DNA of 62,861 nt, the filler included. It is 7 parts of 7 records of this genome, joined end to end, with 100 filler letters (N's around TTAATTAATTAA, not from the genome) between each part and the next. Parts side by side here need not be neighbours in the genome. Positions count along the whole stretch, not along the records: positions 34,514 to 41,288 come from SRR2962707_3858; positions 41,389 to 50,804 come from SRR2962707_3860; 5 more parts are not named here. One strand, given 5' to 3'. Shown piece by piece: positions 38,101 to 49,235 of the stretch; the stretch's first letter is position 1, and every line of letters starts with the position of its first letter. Position numbers and translations under genes: made by a program. The notes under the pieces were generated by a model. That model did no database searches. It was not told the origin of the DNA and saw nothing but the letters and a program-made list of their open reading frames with translations.

Positions 38101-41100
38101 GACTTTGCGTCCGCTGCACGACGCATCTCAGTTTCGTACCTGCAAAAAATGTGAGTGCAAAGCATGTTATCGGACGGCAAACGTTGTTGCAGCCAACCAA
38201 CACAACACAGCAGTTCGTACAATCCGGAAGCGACAAACTGCTTTGACATGAGAAAGTCAAGAAATCTTGTTCGAGCATATGAGGGCAGTTGTGATTCAAA
38301 GGTAAAGCCTGCAGTCGCGACAGTGGCAGCCGCGAGGTCCGACGGGAGCGGAGGTGCTCTGATATGCGATGGAGGGACAAACTGAATACTAACAGATGTG
38401 TCGTCGGATCGACGATAGTTTCTAAAATCCTGCATGGGTCGAAACAGCTCAGGCAAAAAGGACGACTTCCACCACCGCGCGCGGAAGATGTTCCACCGCG
38501 ACACAATCGGCATGACAATTGTCTCTCCAGGACTCTGTTCGGTCGCTGTTGCTCGTTCCCGACAGTTTTCACTGCTAAAAAACAGGGCAAGTGTGAGATC
38601 AACAACTTCTGCCACCCGTGTGGACGTGCACTCGATCTGACAAGCAAAAAAGCACCATTGTGAGATGTTAGGCTTCAGAAAACAACAATCTGCACACTTG
38701 CATTGTCAACGAAGGAATCACAAAACACACCTTCTGCAGAGCAGTGTCAACGTCAACCGGCTTTGTCCCCGAATCCTTGGAGCTATTGGCCGCGCTGGAG
38801 CCAGTATTTCCGGAAGTATGAGGTTGCATAAGGTCTTGCCGGCTTTGTCCAAAATCCAGGAGCCGGGTTTCAACCATACCTGGTAACGTGAACGCAATTG
38901 TTAGGGTGTGCGGGAAAAGCAAAGATGCGGCAGTCACTGCCTCCAGAAACCATGGCAACTGGTAATACGTGCGTGAGTAGTCACTCGCGAGGCTTGTGAA
39001 ACGAGATCCAAGCCTGTGACGGGACAACAAGTCGTCAACGCAAAGTTCCACAGCAAACGCGCAAGAGGTGGTCGCCAAACAAGACTTACGCGGTTTGGAC
39101 TGCATGCTTCTGATTTCGCAACGCCCACGCATACTCAACTGACTCATCAGCTGCCACCATATTTGTAAGTGTGCCCTATGGTGACAAATGGCACGTGTTC
39201 GTTCGTGTGAGCACGGTGCTTCGTGCAGAACTTTGGATAATGCAAGCAATTGCAGCGTCGATCGGCAGATGATCCCACAGTATGTACGCACCACAATTGC
39301 TGCAGGCACGTCTCGTGATGCTGCATGCAGATCATCCACGGAACAAGAATGACTGATCATTTGAACAAGCCAAGATCGATGGTTTTTGCAAAGCTTAGTG
39401 AAGTCACTGAGAACTGTAGTATTGTTTGGTTTCCTAGCAACCCAACGCGACAAGTTCAGGTGCAATTGGCAAAAGGGCCAAGAAAGTAGCAAGCAAAACA
39501 CTGCCAACAATTTTACAAAAGGCAAACCCGTACGGGCTTGAGATGCGACTTGCTGGAAATGCGGTTGGCCCAAGCACATCGCGAGATATGAGCAACACGG
39601 CCCTCAGGGCCTGGGGCAGCAAATGAAAGTCGTTGTTGATTGCAGTTCTTTCCATTTGCGAAACAACATCCCAGTCACTGCTACGACGCCATGCAGTCAA
39701 ACATGCCGGTTGTGAGTTTATGGTGTGACCTGTGAGCGCGGCCCTGGCCAATTTGTCGAGCCACTGGGCGAGGAGTTTTGCGATTGGTTCTGAATTGTCG
39801 CATCTCCCCGAGTCCCGCCATCGAAAATGCGCAAATAGGTATCCAACGAAACGCGGGTTTAGCCCTACAAATCCATGAGCACCAATACGGACAGCCAGCA
39901 GCGTAGAAGTCACACAATTTCAAAGTAAATGCCGTGCACGAATGCTACAAGACGAAGAATATCAATAGCCGACACATACTGCGCAAGCCGTGCCCGCTCG
40001 ATGTCAAGTGCCAATTGGTCTGTTGCAGATTGAAAATCAAAAAGTCAGTGCAGGGTGATGTTAATCGAATGCCGTTCATGGAATGGGCGTACGCACGTTA
40101 AGCTGTTCGATGACCCACAACAAAGGAAAATGCGCACAAAGTACGTCCAAAACAGGCCGAAAGACATCGGCTTTGCCAAGTGCTTGCAACCGAAGCGGCG
40201 GAGGAAACGTCGCGATCACGGCAGAAACATCCTGCCCAACTGGAAGTCTCAAAAACGATGACAAAAATCTTTGCAGGAATCCATCTGCCTACAAGTCGCA
40301 TGGGCCACGAAAATGGTCATATTCAACAGCAACGGGTCCGCTGTTACTGTTTGATTGAAATCGAACAACTAAGTCACTGTTGGAAAGCATACCGCCTGGT
40401 GATGCCGCAAAGAGCGAATCACTTTGGTCAAAATGAACAGCGCAACCCCTGCATGGTCTGCATGGCCTACTTTCTGTGAGTACAGCTGTGCCATTGTTGT
40501 TTGTGTGTCAAACATCATATCAAGAGCGTGCTGGAAGAGCTTTTGAGCTTTGAGCCGCACTGCCGTTGCGACCAAAATCGCCGACGGGGATGAGCGATCC
40601 TTTGGAGCACTGCTTGCTCCAATGTGTCGGAATGAGTGGCTGCTGCTGTGACTGGCCTGTGCCAATGCGTCTTCCGAGTGTTGAATGATGTACATAAGAA
40701 TGGTTTGAAGACGTTGAAGAGCAATGCCGTCTCGTCGATGCGCAAGATCCGTGTCACAGCCACCTGCGGCTTGCAGCCTGGAAAATACCGCTTGGACTTG
40801 CTCCCGCAGCGCACTGGCGCCATTCCTGGGGCCGGAGTGATTGTTAAGTGTACTACGAGAGTGCAGCAATCCAGAATTCGTTTCTTGGTCCAGCATTGAA
40901 ACATACTCAAGAAAGCTCAAGGCATAACGCTGATGCAGCGCCCATGCAACAAACAAGTGAAGTTGGGCCGCTCCCTGCACTGTGAGTGACGACAGGCTGG
41001 TGTGCGCAAGATTGACACTCTGGTGCGTGGTCGCCGTCGGCGCCCGCCGTGGACTTTCGCGAAGAATTCGATCCACTCGAGATTCTGCCACCATGACGTC

Positions 41101-41288
41101 ATGGTCCGAGTAGCAACTCTGACGCAGCACTGACGACACATTCAGCAACTCGGTTTCTAAAGCGCTGCTGCCACTGCCATCAATAGTTGCGCCGTGGTAT
41201 CGCGAAGCATTGCACCTGGGCGTGTGTGCCGCGTCGTCTGTGTGTGAGCGTAAGGCTCGGGCCTGCTGCTGCTGCTGCTGCTGCTGCT
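35182..41288 (-). CDS. Large multi-exon helical protein resembling Fanconi anemia core subunit FANCA, 5'-partial
   Basis: Collinear motifs match my recollection of human FANCA: SLASDYSRMVETRLLDF (SLLTDYISLAKTRLADL), IFRARWWKSSFLPELFRP (IFRRPYYVSHFLPALLTP), RTRFLDFLMSKQFVASGLY (RVAFIESLKRADKIPPSLY), WVAFEL..FDEW (WLHLEL..FHQW). The frame stays open into poly-Q at the contig end. Confidence 0.65.
41263..41288. repeat. (CTG)n repeat, poly-Gln on the minus strand, at contig end
   Basis: Read directly, in frame with the FANCA-like ORF. Confidence 0.9.
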
Positions 41289-41388
41289 NNNNNNNNNNNN
41301 NNNNNNNNNNNNNNNNNNNNNNNNNNNNNNNNTTAATTAATTAANNNNNNNNNNNNNNNNNNNNNNNNNNNNNNNNNNNNNNNNNNNN
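41289..41388. other. Artificial contig spacer (eukaryote/bacterium junction)
   Basis: N44-TTAATTAATTAA-N44. Confidence 0.99.
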
Positions 41389-42377
41389 TGGCTGAAGGTG
41401 CGCCCGATGCCAGCCATGGCACTGCCGATCATATGGGAGTTCGCATCTTCACGGACCATGCGCACAAAGGTGTTGGGCACGTCCTTGCTCAGGCGCTTCA
41501 GGCCCTTCACATCCTGCTGATGATAGATGTTACTGACCAGATACAGGCTGCTCTGGGATTCGTGTTTGACGATGTCCGACAGTGCAATCACACCCCGCAC
41601 CTTGTCACCCTCCATTACCGGCAGGTGGTGCACGTTGTTGTGCAGCATGGTCAGCATGGCCTCGAAAATGAAGGCGTCGGAACGGGTGGTGATCAGCTCT
41701 TCCGTCATGATGTCGCTGATGGGTGTTTCCGACGGCAGTGCCTCGCAGAGGGCGCGGGTGCGCAGGTCACGGTCGGTAATGATGCCTGAAAGCCGGGGCT
41801 GTTTGCCGCTCTCGTCCATCAGCAAGAGGGCCGACACTCCCCGGTCCGTCATGATTCGGGCGGCCTCCTGAAGGCGCACGGTGTTGGGCGCCATCACGGG
41901 CTCGCGGGAAATCAGCCGGGTCACCCGTGCTGTCATCGGTTGATTCGATTTCTCCCGCCGTGAAAGTGCCGACCGAAGACGTGAATGGTCTTCAATTTCG
42001 ACAAAATCGGTGAAATTTTCGTCGTTTTCCCACAAATATTGAAATATTTCGTCGGGAATCAGGTAGATCAGGGAGTCTTCAATAGCCTTGGCCGGAAACC
42101 GCACGGTTTTGTTCATCAGCAGACCAAACTGACCGAAAATCTCACCTTCGGTAATGCGGTTGTATAGCTCGCCAGAGCGGCGATAAATCTCGACGGCGCC
42201 GCTGCGCACATAGTGCAGGTAGGTGTTTCGTTCGCCCAGCGTGAGAATGTCTGTGCCAGCGCGGAAATAGGCGACTTCGATGCTGGAGACGATACGATCC
42301 AGGACATTCTCCGGCATTTCATCAAACGGGGCGTGCTGGGCCAGGTGGTTGCGTATCTCGATCAGCTCTGCCTGCAT
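41389..42377 (-). CDS. cNMP-binding + CBS-pair + DUF294 nucleotidyltransferase-like protein, 3'-truncated
   Basis: HAPF..YVRSGAVEI..GEIFG (cNMP), GIITDRDLR and HHLPV (CBS pair), then the start of the DUF294 region. Confidence 0.9.
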
Positions 42378-42499
42378 TGTTCGCTTCCTTTTCGCACCGG
42401 TTACGCCTCTGGAATTTATCACGCAATATAGCAGTGGCGCTGTTTTACGGCCATGATGTTGGGCAAGATAGCGTTGGTTTACACACGAGAGGTTGGGTT

Positions 42500-43024
42500 T
42501 TGTCTGCTATTCATACACTGGTCCTTGGGGGCATTCGATCCGGCAAAACCGCGCTGGCGGAGCGTATTGCCTGTGAGGCCGGTTCACCGGTGGTTTATGT
42601 TGCAACGGCGACCGCCGACGATGAAGAAATGACCCAGCGGGTGGCCCGCCACCGGCAGAATCGGCCGCCGGAATGGGGGTTGGCAGAAGAGCCCTTGAAG
42701 CTGGCCTCCCTGCTGGATGGTTACGCCAGGGAACCACAACCACCCTTGTTGCTGGTGGATTGCATGAGCCTGTGGGTGAGCAACCTGCTGTTTGCCGGCG
42801 ATGAAGTGTTTGCCCGTGAGCGTACCGCCTTCCTGCAGGCACTGGAGAACTATCCGGGCCCAATCGTGATTGTCAGTAATGAAGTGGGCCTGGGTACCAT
42901 CGGCATGGACCCGCTCACCCGCCGTTTCTGCGATGAACTGGGGTGGCTCAACCAGGATCTTGCCGCCCGTTGTGAGCGGGTGCTGATGAGCGTGGCGGGG
43001 CTGTCGCAAACGTTGAAAGGCTGA
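42500..43024 (+). CDS. cobU: Adenosylcobinamide kinase / adenosylcobinamide-phosphate guanylyltransferase
   Basis: GGIRSGKT P-loop, YVATA..DEEM..RV..H...RP, VSNEVGLG, R.F.DELG.LNQ. TTG start after GAGAGG. Confidence 0.95.
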   Translation: MSAIHTLVLGGIRSGKTALAERIACEAGSPVVYVATATADDEEMTQRVARHRQNRPPEWGLAEEPLKLASLLDGYAREPQPPLLLVDCMSLWVSNLLFAGDEVFARERTAFLQALENYPGPIVIVSNEVGLGTIGMDPLTRRFCDELGWLNQDLAARCERVLMSVAGLSQTLKG

Positions 43025-43639
43025 TTATGCACCGTGCGTTTGCAGGCAACTGAGCAGGCCATGCTCCGAGATGTCCACGCGGATACGGCTGCGGCAGGCG
43101 TAGGGTACCGTTAACGCTGAAAAAGAGCGTTCAGTGGGGATACCCATCACCTCCGCCAGGAGCATGCGAATCACGCCGCCATGGCATACCACGAGTACCC
43201 GCTTGCCTGCCGCTTGGGTTTGCCAATCCTGCCAGGCGCTGCTGACCCTTTGCCGGAACTCGGTGATAGCCTCACCACCGGGCGGAGGATAACGAACCGG
43301 GTCGCTCCAGAAGCGGGTCAGCGCCTCGGGCGTATCGGCCATGATGTTCTCGGAGGTTCTGCCCTCCCAATCACCGAACGCAATCTCCCGCAGCCGTGGC
43401 TCCTGGTGCAACGGAATCTGACGTTGCTCCGCCAACTGTTCCGCGAAGAGGCGGCAGCGCAGCAGTGGGGAGGTGATGATCACATCCCACTGGTCATCGT
43501 CCCTGATAGCCGCGTTCATCTGCTGCCAGCCGGTGTCGCTCAGTGGATCATCCTTGCTGCCCCGGAACATGGGCCCGCCGGCAGGTTCACCATGACGGAT
43601 CAGGTCGAAAAACGCAGTGGTGTTCTGGTTATTGGTCAT
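43025..43639 (-). CDS. cobC: Histidine phosphatase family protein (alpha-ribazole phosphatase)
   Basis: RHG, SPL.RC, LRE..FGDWEG, HGGVIR motifs. Directly downstream of cobT. Confidence 0.85.
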   Translation of the reverse strand: MTNNQNTTAFFDLIRHGEPAGGPMFRGSKDDPLSDTGWQQMNAAIRDDDQWDVIITSPLLRCRLFAEQLAEQRQIPLHQEPRLREIAFGDWEGRTSENIMADTPEALTRFWSDPVRYPPPGGEAITEFRQRVSSAWQDWQTQAAGKRVLVVCHGGVIRMLLAEVMGIPTERSFSALTVPYACRSRIRVDISEHGLLSCLQTHGA

Positions 43640-43646
43640 CCCCGCT

Positions 43647-44705
43647 TCAGCCCTCGTCCTTGTCGGTCACGCCGGCGTCAGCGAAGCTGGCCATCTGGTT
43701 GTGCAGGGCACAGGCACTGCGAAGCAGCGGAACCGCCACCGCAGCGCCGCTGCCTTCACCCAGGCGCATACCCAGATCCAGCAACGGCCTGGCATTCATG
43801 GCGTCGAGCACCGCCTGGTGCCCCGGTTCCGCCGAACGATGGGCGAACACAAGCCAGTGCCGCAGTTGTGGTTGTTGGCGAACAGCTACTAAGGCGGCAA
43901 CGGAAACAATGAATCCGTCCACCAGTACGGGAATGCCGCGCGCCGCACTACCCAGAATGGCGCCTGCCAGCGCAGCAATCTCGAACCCGCCGAGGGAGGC
44001 CAGCACCGCCAGGGGATCGCGGTTGTTGCCATGCCTGGCCAACGCCTGGGCGATGACCTCACACTTTCGAGACACGCCGGCTGCGTCCAGCCCCGTGCCC
44101 GGCCCAGCCAGGTTTTCCGGGCTTTGTTCCAGCAACGCGCAGGCAACGGCGGTGGCACTGGTGGTATTGCCGATGCCCATATCGCCGCCCACAAACAGTC
44201 GGCACCCGTCATCCGCGGCGCGGGCGGCGGCCCTGTCACCACTGGCCAGCGCCTGTTCAAGCTGGCCCGGCGTCATCGCGTCGGTTGTGGCCAGATTGGC
44301 GGTGCCCGCTGCGATCTGCTCATCACGTACATCGGTCAACGGCGGAACGTCGCCGACGGTTCCGAGATTTACCACTTCCAGCGAGGCTCCCAGTTCCCGA
44401 GCCAACACGCTGATAGCCGCACCCCCGCTGGCAAAGTTCGCAATCATCTGGGCGGTGACTTCCTGGGGGTACGCGGATACGCCCTCCGCACAGACGCCGT
44501 GATCCGCCGCGAAAACAGCGATGCGGACAGGGTCGACCTGCGGATGTTGCGTGCGCTGAAGGCCCGCCAGTGTAATCGCTACGTCTTCCAGCTGCCCCAG
44601 AGACCCCCGGGGCTTGGTGAGCACGTGCTGGCGTTGCCGTGCCCGCTCAGAAAAATGGGTGTCGGAGGGTGGCAACGGTTGTGTCCAGCAGGAAGGCAGC
44701 GGCAT
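43647..44705 (-). CDS. cobT: Nicotinate-nucleotide--dimethylbenzimidazole phosphoribosyltransferase
   Basis: [44 protein letters not shown]. Confidence 0.97.
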   Translation of the reverse strand: MPLPSCWTQPLPPSDTHFSERARQRQHVLTKPRGSLGQLEDVAITLAGLQRTQHPQVDPVRIAVFAADHGVCAEGVSAYPQEVTAQMIANFASGGAAISVLARELGASLEVVNLGTVGDVPPLTDVRDEQIAAGTANLATTDAMTPGQLEQALASGDRAAARAADDGCRLFVGGDMGIGNTTSATAVACALLEQSPENLAGPGTGLDAAGVSRKCEVIAQALARHGNNRDPLAVLASLGGFEIAALAGAILGSAARGIPVLVDGFIVSVAALVAVRQQPQLRHWLVFAHRSAEPGHQAVLDAMNARPLLDLGMRLGEGSGAAVAVPLLRSACALHNQMASFADAGVTDKDEG

Positions 44706-44845
44706 GGTTGGATCCTGAGGTGGCAAAGTGTCGGGAGCCGAAGATGGTCTACCCGGCCTGAAAAAGTGTCAAGGATAGCAGCCACTCGGTTAGACTTCCT
44801 TTCGATCACGACAACCCACCGCCCGCTCGAAGAGACATTGCTGAT

Positions 44846-45799
44846 TTGAACGCCTTCATTCTCGCCGTGACAGCTTGTTGTATCGCCGTCGTATTGGACC
44901 GCTGGCTGGGTGAGCCGCGACGGTGGCACCCGCTCGTTGGCTTTGGGCATGTCGCCGCCTTCCTCGAACAGAGAATGAATCGTCTACCTGAGCGAATGGC
45001 GGGATCGATGGTTCTCGGGTTCCTGGCCCTGTTCATCGCTGTGATACCCGTACTGGCGGCAGCCGAGTGGTTGCGCTGGTGGTTGGGGAACTGGGAATAC
45101 CTGCTGGTTCAGGCTGTGGTGCTGTATTTCGCCCTGTCCATTCGTGGCCTGACGGAGCACGGCCGGGCAGTGTCTGACGCGTTGCATGGGGGCGACCTTG
45201 AGAATGCCCGGGCACAGGTCGGTCGTATCGTCAGTCGTGATGCAGCGGCGCTTGATGACAGTGGCGTAGCAACAGCCGCGACCGAGTCCATGTTGGAAAA
45301 CGGCGCCGATGCCGTGTTCGCCAGCCTGTTCTGGTTTCTCGTAGCCGGCGTTCCGGGCGTATTGCTTCACCGGCTGGTGAACACCCTGGACGCCATGTGG
45401 GGGTATCGAACTGATCGCTACCAGTATTTTGGCCGCGCTGCGGCGAGGCTGGACGACGTATTGAACTGGGTACCCGCTCGCCTCACGGCGCTGACCTACA
45501 GCCTGCTTGGCGATGTTCGTGGCGGCTTTCGTTGCTGGCGGGCACAGGCGCCGGCCTGGGACAGCCCGAACGCCGGCCGGGTCATGGCGGCAGGGGCCGG
45601 GGCTTTGAGAGTTGTACTCGGTGGCCCTGCGCCCTACGCCTTAGGCATCAAGCAACGGCCCATGCTCGGTGAAGGTGAACCGGCATCGGCCGAGACCATT
45701 GATGCGGCGATCCAACTTGTACATCGCGGCGTGTGGTTGTGGCTCGGGCTGTTGGCCGCGGTCGCCATTATCGGATGGATAACCAGCGCCGCGCCTTGA
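44846..45799 (+). CDS. cbiB: Adenosylcobinamide-phosphate synthase CbiB/CobD
   Basis: GEP..WHP, IVSRD, ESMLEN..D, VNTLDAMWGY, ARLDD.LN..PARLT, SPNAG. Membrane protein. Confidence 0.95.
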   Translation: MNAFILAVTACCIAVVLDRWLGEPRRWHPLVGFGHVAAFLEQRMNRLPERMAGSMVLGFLALFIAVIPVLAAAEWLRWWLGNWEYLLVQAVVLYFALSIRGLTEHGRAVSDALHGGDLENARAQVGRIVSRDAAALDDSGVATAATESMLENGADAVFASLFWFLVAGVPGVLLHRLVNTLDAMWGYRTDRYQYFGRAAARLDDVLNWVPARLTALTYSLLGDVRGGFRCWRAQAPAWDSPNAGRVMAAGAGALRVVLGGPAPYALGIKQRPMLGEGEPASAETIDAAIQLVHRGVWLWLGLLAAVAIIGWITSAAP

Positions 45800-45804
45800 A
45801 GGTG

Positions 45805-47118
45805 TCAGCCTGCCGCTTCAGATTCCCGTGTTTCGCTGGCCGGTATGGTCAACATTAGCAGGAAGCCAATCACCAGGAACACCAGAATGGTGCTCATGCC
45901 CCAGCGCTGGCTGTCAGTAACGGCCGTGACCCATCCCACCAACAGCGGGCCAGCAAACGCGGTGGCTTTGCCAGAGAACGCGAACAGGCCGAACATCTGT
46001 GTTTGCAGGTGCGGCGGCGCAATGCGGGCCAGGTGAGAGCGGCTGGCGGACTGCAATGGCCCCACGAAGATGCCCAGGATCATGCCCCATACCCAGAACG
46101 CGGTGGCGCCGTCCACTACCAGAATGGCGAGGGCACTGCAGCCCAATCCCACCAGTGACAGCAGGATGGTGTTGCGCCCGCCGAGGGCGTCATCCACCCA
46201 GGCGAAGCCCAGTGCGCCCAGGCCGGCGGTGACGTTCAGGGCGATGGCGAATTGCAGTACTTCCGTAGAGCCCATATTGAACGTACCCGCCGCGTACACC
46301 CCGCCGAAGGTAAAGATAGTGGCCAGGCCATCGGTGTAGAGCATGCGGGCGATCAGGAAGCGCACGATGTCCTTGTACTGGCGAACCTGGGCGATGGACT
46401 CCTTCAGTTGCCGGAACCCGGCGCGGGTGGCGGCGGCAATTCCCAGGCCGGTGGATGGGCGGTCGGGAACAAAGATAAAGGCCGGCAGGGCAAATACCAG
46501 ATACCACACCGCTACCAGCACAAACGTGGCACGCACGTGCTCGGCGCTGTCCCGATTGAGGTCGAACAGGTTGGCATCGGCTTCGATAAAGCCATACAGC
46601 GCCACGATAAGGCTCAGCACGCCGCCGGTGTAACCCAGCCCCCAGGCCCAGCCTGACCAGCGCCCGGTTCGCGCCGGGCTTGCGAGATCCGGCAGCATGG
46701 AGTTGTAGAAAATGAACGCAAACTCGGCGCCGAGTGTACCCAGGCCGACCCACAGTGCTGCGTTCCAGAACTGATTCTGCTCCGGCGTGACCGTCCACAA
46801 CATGGCGCAGGAGACCACGCAAAGCAGGGTGAAGCTGATAAACCAGGGTTTACGACGGCCGGACTGGTCTGCAATGGCCCCCAATATCGGTGCCAGGATT
46901 GCGATGAATACACCGGCAATGCCAACGATGTTGCCCCAGGCTTCCGTGCCTTTTACCTCGTCCTGCACCACTGACACGCTGAAGTACTGAGCGAAGACAA
47001 AGGTCAGAATGATGGTGAAAAAGGCGCTGTTGGCCCAGTCGTAGAGCGCCCAGGACCAGAGCGCGCGTTTGTCTTCCGGCTTGCCCTGTGTGGGGGCGAC
47101 AGGCGATTGCGATGACAT
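45805..47118 (-). CDS. MFS transporter (UMF1/Atg22-like family)
   Basis: WALYDWANSAF, P.LGAIAD..GRRK, FYNSMLP, SG..WGLGY.GG, QSASRS. About 12 TM segments. Confidence 0.9.
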   Translation of the reverse strand: MSSQSPVAPTQGKPEDKRALWSWALYDWANSAFFTIILTFVFAQYFSVSVVQDEVKGTEAWGNIVGIAGVFIAILAPILGAIADQSGRRKPWFISFTLLCVVSCAMLWTVTPEQNQFWNAALWVGLGTLGAEFAFIFYNSMLPDLASPARTGRWSGWAWGLGYTGGVLSLIVALYGFIEADANLFDLNRDSAEHVRATFVLVAVWYLVFALPAFIFVPDRPSTGLGIAAATRAGFRQLKESIAQVRQYKDIVRFLIARMLYTDGLATIFTFGGVYAAGTFNMGSTEVLQFAIALNVTAGLGALGFAWVDDALGGRNTILLSLVGLGCSALAILVVDGATAFWVWGMILGIFVGPLQSASRSHLARIAPPHLQTQMFGLFAFSGKATAFAGPLLVGWVTAVTDSQRWGMSTILVFLVIGFLLMLTIPASETRESEAAG

Positions 47119-47202
47119 GTGGGGCTGGGCTCCTGATCCTTGCAAGGTAAATCCGTGCGGTGATTGTCGCCATTATCGCCACAAATGCACAGCCCCGTGG
47201 GG

Positions 47203-47724
47203 TTAAACCCTCTTCAGGTTCCGCGATTCGTGGTCCAGCAACCACGCCTTGCGCTCCAGGCCGCCCGCGTAGCCCGTCAACGTACCATTGGCTCCGATCA
47301 CCCGGTGGCAGGGGATCAGAATGGCAATGGGGTTGAGTGCATTGGCACGAGCCACGGCACGCACCGCCTTCGGGTTGCCCAGGGTGTTTGCCAGCGCGCT
47401 GTACGAGCGGTGCTCACCCGCTGGAATCCCGGTCAGCCCCTGCCAGACCTGTTGTTGAAACTCAGTGCCGGTCAAGCGGATGTCCTTCCACGGCAGGGGC
47501 TTGATCACCCCTGAGAAGTAGGCGTCCAGCCACTCGATAATGGTCCCGGGGGCGCTGTTCGGTTGCTCGCGCCACTCCGGCTGCCGGAACCGGCGGTTTT
47601 GCAGCGAGTGCATGCGCTCTTCGTTGTCGTCGAAGTCCAGGTGCACCAGTTGGTCATCCACCGTGGCCAGCCTCAGGGGGCCAACGGGACTGGGGAAGCG
47701 GCTGACATGAATTTGAGTTGTCAT
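47203..47724 (-). CDS. ogt: Methylated-DNA--protein-cysteine methyltransferase
   Basis: GT.FQ..VW..L..IP.G...SY, RAVA.A...NP..ILIPCHRV active site. ATGA overlap with the upstream gene. Confidence 0.96.
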   Translation of the reverse strand: MTTQIHVSRFPSPVGPLRLATVDDQLVHLDFDDNEERMHSLQNRRFRQPEWREQPNSAPGTIIEWLDAYFSGVIKPLPWKDIRLTGTEFQQQVWQGLTGIPAGEHRSYSALANTLGNPKAVRAVARANALNPIAILIPCHRVIGANGTLTGYAGGLERKAWLLDHESRNLKRV

Positions 47725-49235
47725 GATGGTGTCTCCTGCCGGGGTGGATGGGTGTTCAGTGATGTCCACAGGTACTGCGCTGCGTAAGCCCGCCATGGCC
47801 GCCAGCGTTCGGCGTGGCGCGTCAGGGCTTTGGCGTCTTGCGGGCCGCCCAGATGGGCCGAAGCCTTGAGTATGCCCAGATCGCTGGCGGGAAACGCGTC
47901 TGGATCCCCCAGGCCGCGCAGGGCCAGGTAGTGGAGTGTCCAGGGGCCGATGCCCCGCATGGGGGCCAACTGCGCCAGCAGGGTGTTGCCTTCCTGCTCG
48001 GCAAAACCGGGTTCGGCAAACCGGGCGGTGATTCGTGCCAGGGTGTCTGCACGGCTGCCGGGCATACCCAGTTTGTTCAACGGCTGGCCGACGAGTGCTG
48101 CCGGTTCCGGGAATCTATGGGTAATACCCGTGCCCCCGGCAAGATCGTCGGGAAGGGCCTGGCCATAACGAACCACCAGCCGCCCAGCCAGGGTTCGCGC
48201 CGCGGAGAGGGACACCTGCTGCCCCAGAATGGCCCGAACCGCAAACTCGAACCGTTCCCAGCTGCCCGGAACGCGCAGTCCGGGATGCCGTGCGACCAGT
48301 GGTTCCAATAGCGGGTCCTGCGCCAGGTGTTCGCTGATGCCGGGCAGGTCCGCATCCAGATCAAGCAAACGGCGTATCCGCGCACTCACCTCCAGAATGG
48401 ACTGCCGTGCCGGCCCACGAAGGATAACCTGCACCCCCGGGGGATTGTCGCTTGGGCGGCAGATGACCAGCCCCGGTTGCCCAGCAATGCAGAGCGATCG
48501 CGCGTAGTGGTGCGCGCCAACCGCTTCCAGGCCCGGAATGGCCCGTGCCCGAAAGAAGGTCAGTAACTGCTCACTGTCGAACGGTGGCCGGGCCCGCAGG
48601 AACAGAACCAGGTCGTCGTGTGCCGGCAGAAAAAGATCGTCTGCACCGTTCTGTGTGGCTTTGAGCGGTGGCTTGAGACCTCTGCGGAATGCCGTCGGTG
48701 CATTGCCGTAGGCTTCTTTCAGGGTGTGATTGAAGCGGCGCAGGCTGCTGAAACCGGCAATCTCCGCGATCTCGGTCATGCTGAGGTTGCTGTCGACAAT
48801 CAACTGCCGGGCCCGCAGTAAACGCCGGGCCTGGGCGTGCTGTTGTGGGGTGGCTCCGGTGTGGCGTTTGTAGAGCTGTCGCAGGTAGCGGTCGGTAATG
48901 CCCAGCCGTTCGGCCAGGTCCGCCACGGAGCCGTTATCCAGAGCACCTTCGTCCACCAGCCGCACTGCCCGGGCCACGGTGGTGTGAACCCCGGCAGCAG
49001 CCGGGCTACCAGGTGCCGCTTCTGGCCGGCACCGCAGACAGGGTCGAAAGCCGTTGGCCATGGCCGTTTCTGCAGACGGGTAAAAACGCACGTTCCCCCG
49101 CTTGGGCGTCACCGCCGGGCAAATGGGGCGGCAGAAAATCCCGGTGGTCAACACAGCGGTGTAGAAACGACCGTCGAATCGGGCGTCACGGGTTTTCAGT
49201 GCCTGGTAGCAAAGGTCATCGTTTAATGTGTCCAT
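47721..49235 (-). CDS. alkA: AdaA-AlkA fusion: Ada Zn domain + AraC HTH + AlkA N-terminal + HhH-GPD 3-methyladenine glycosylase
   Basis: TTGIFCRPIC..GFRPCLRCRP, GFSSLRRFN, RAILGQQVS, GIGPWT, DAFPASDLG, WRPWRAYA. Confidence 0.93.
   Translation of the reverse strand: MDTLNDDLCYQALKTRDARFDGRFYTAVLTTGIFCRPICPAVTPKRGNVRFYPSAETAMANGFRPCLRCRPEAAPGSPAAAGVHTTVARAVRLVDEGALDNGSVADLAERLGITDRYLRQLYKRHTGATPQQHAQARRLLRARQLIVDSNLSMTEIAEIAGFSSLRRFNHTLKEAYGNAPTAFRRGLKPPLKATQNGADDLFLPAHDDLVLFLRARPPFDSEQLLTFFRARAIPGLEAVGAHHYARSLCIAGQPGLVICRPSDNPPGVQVILRGPARQSILEVSARIRRLLDLDADLPGISEHLAQDPLLEPLVARHPGLRVPGSWERFEFAVRAILGQQVSLSAARTLAGRLVVRYGQALPDDLAGGTGITHRFPEPAALVGQPLNKLGMPGSRADTLARITARFAEPGFAEQEGNTLLAQLAPMRGIGPWTLHYLALRGLGDPDAFPASDLGILKASAHLGGPQDAKALTRHAERWRPWRAYAAQYLWTSLNTHPPRQETPS

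Noticed and set aside
44706-44845. Cobalamin riboswitch in the cobT/cbiB divergent gap
   Set aside because: Only ~140 bp and no recognisable B12-box or conserved core. An Infernal search would be needed to exclude a variant.
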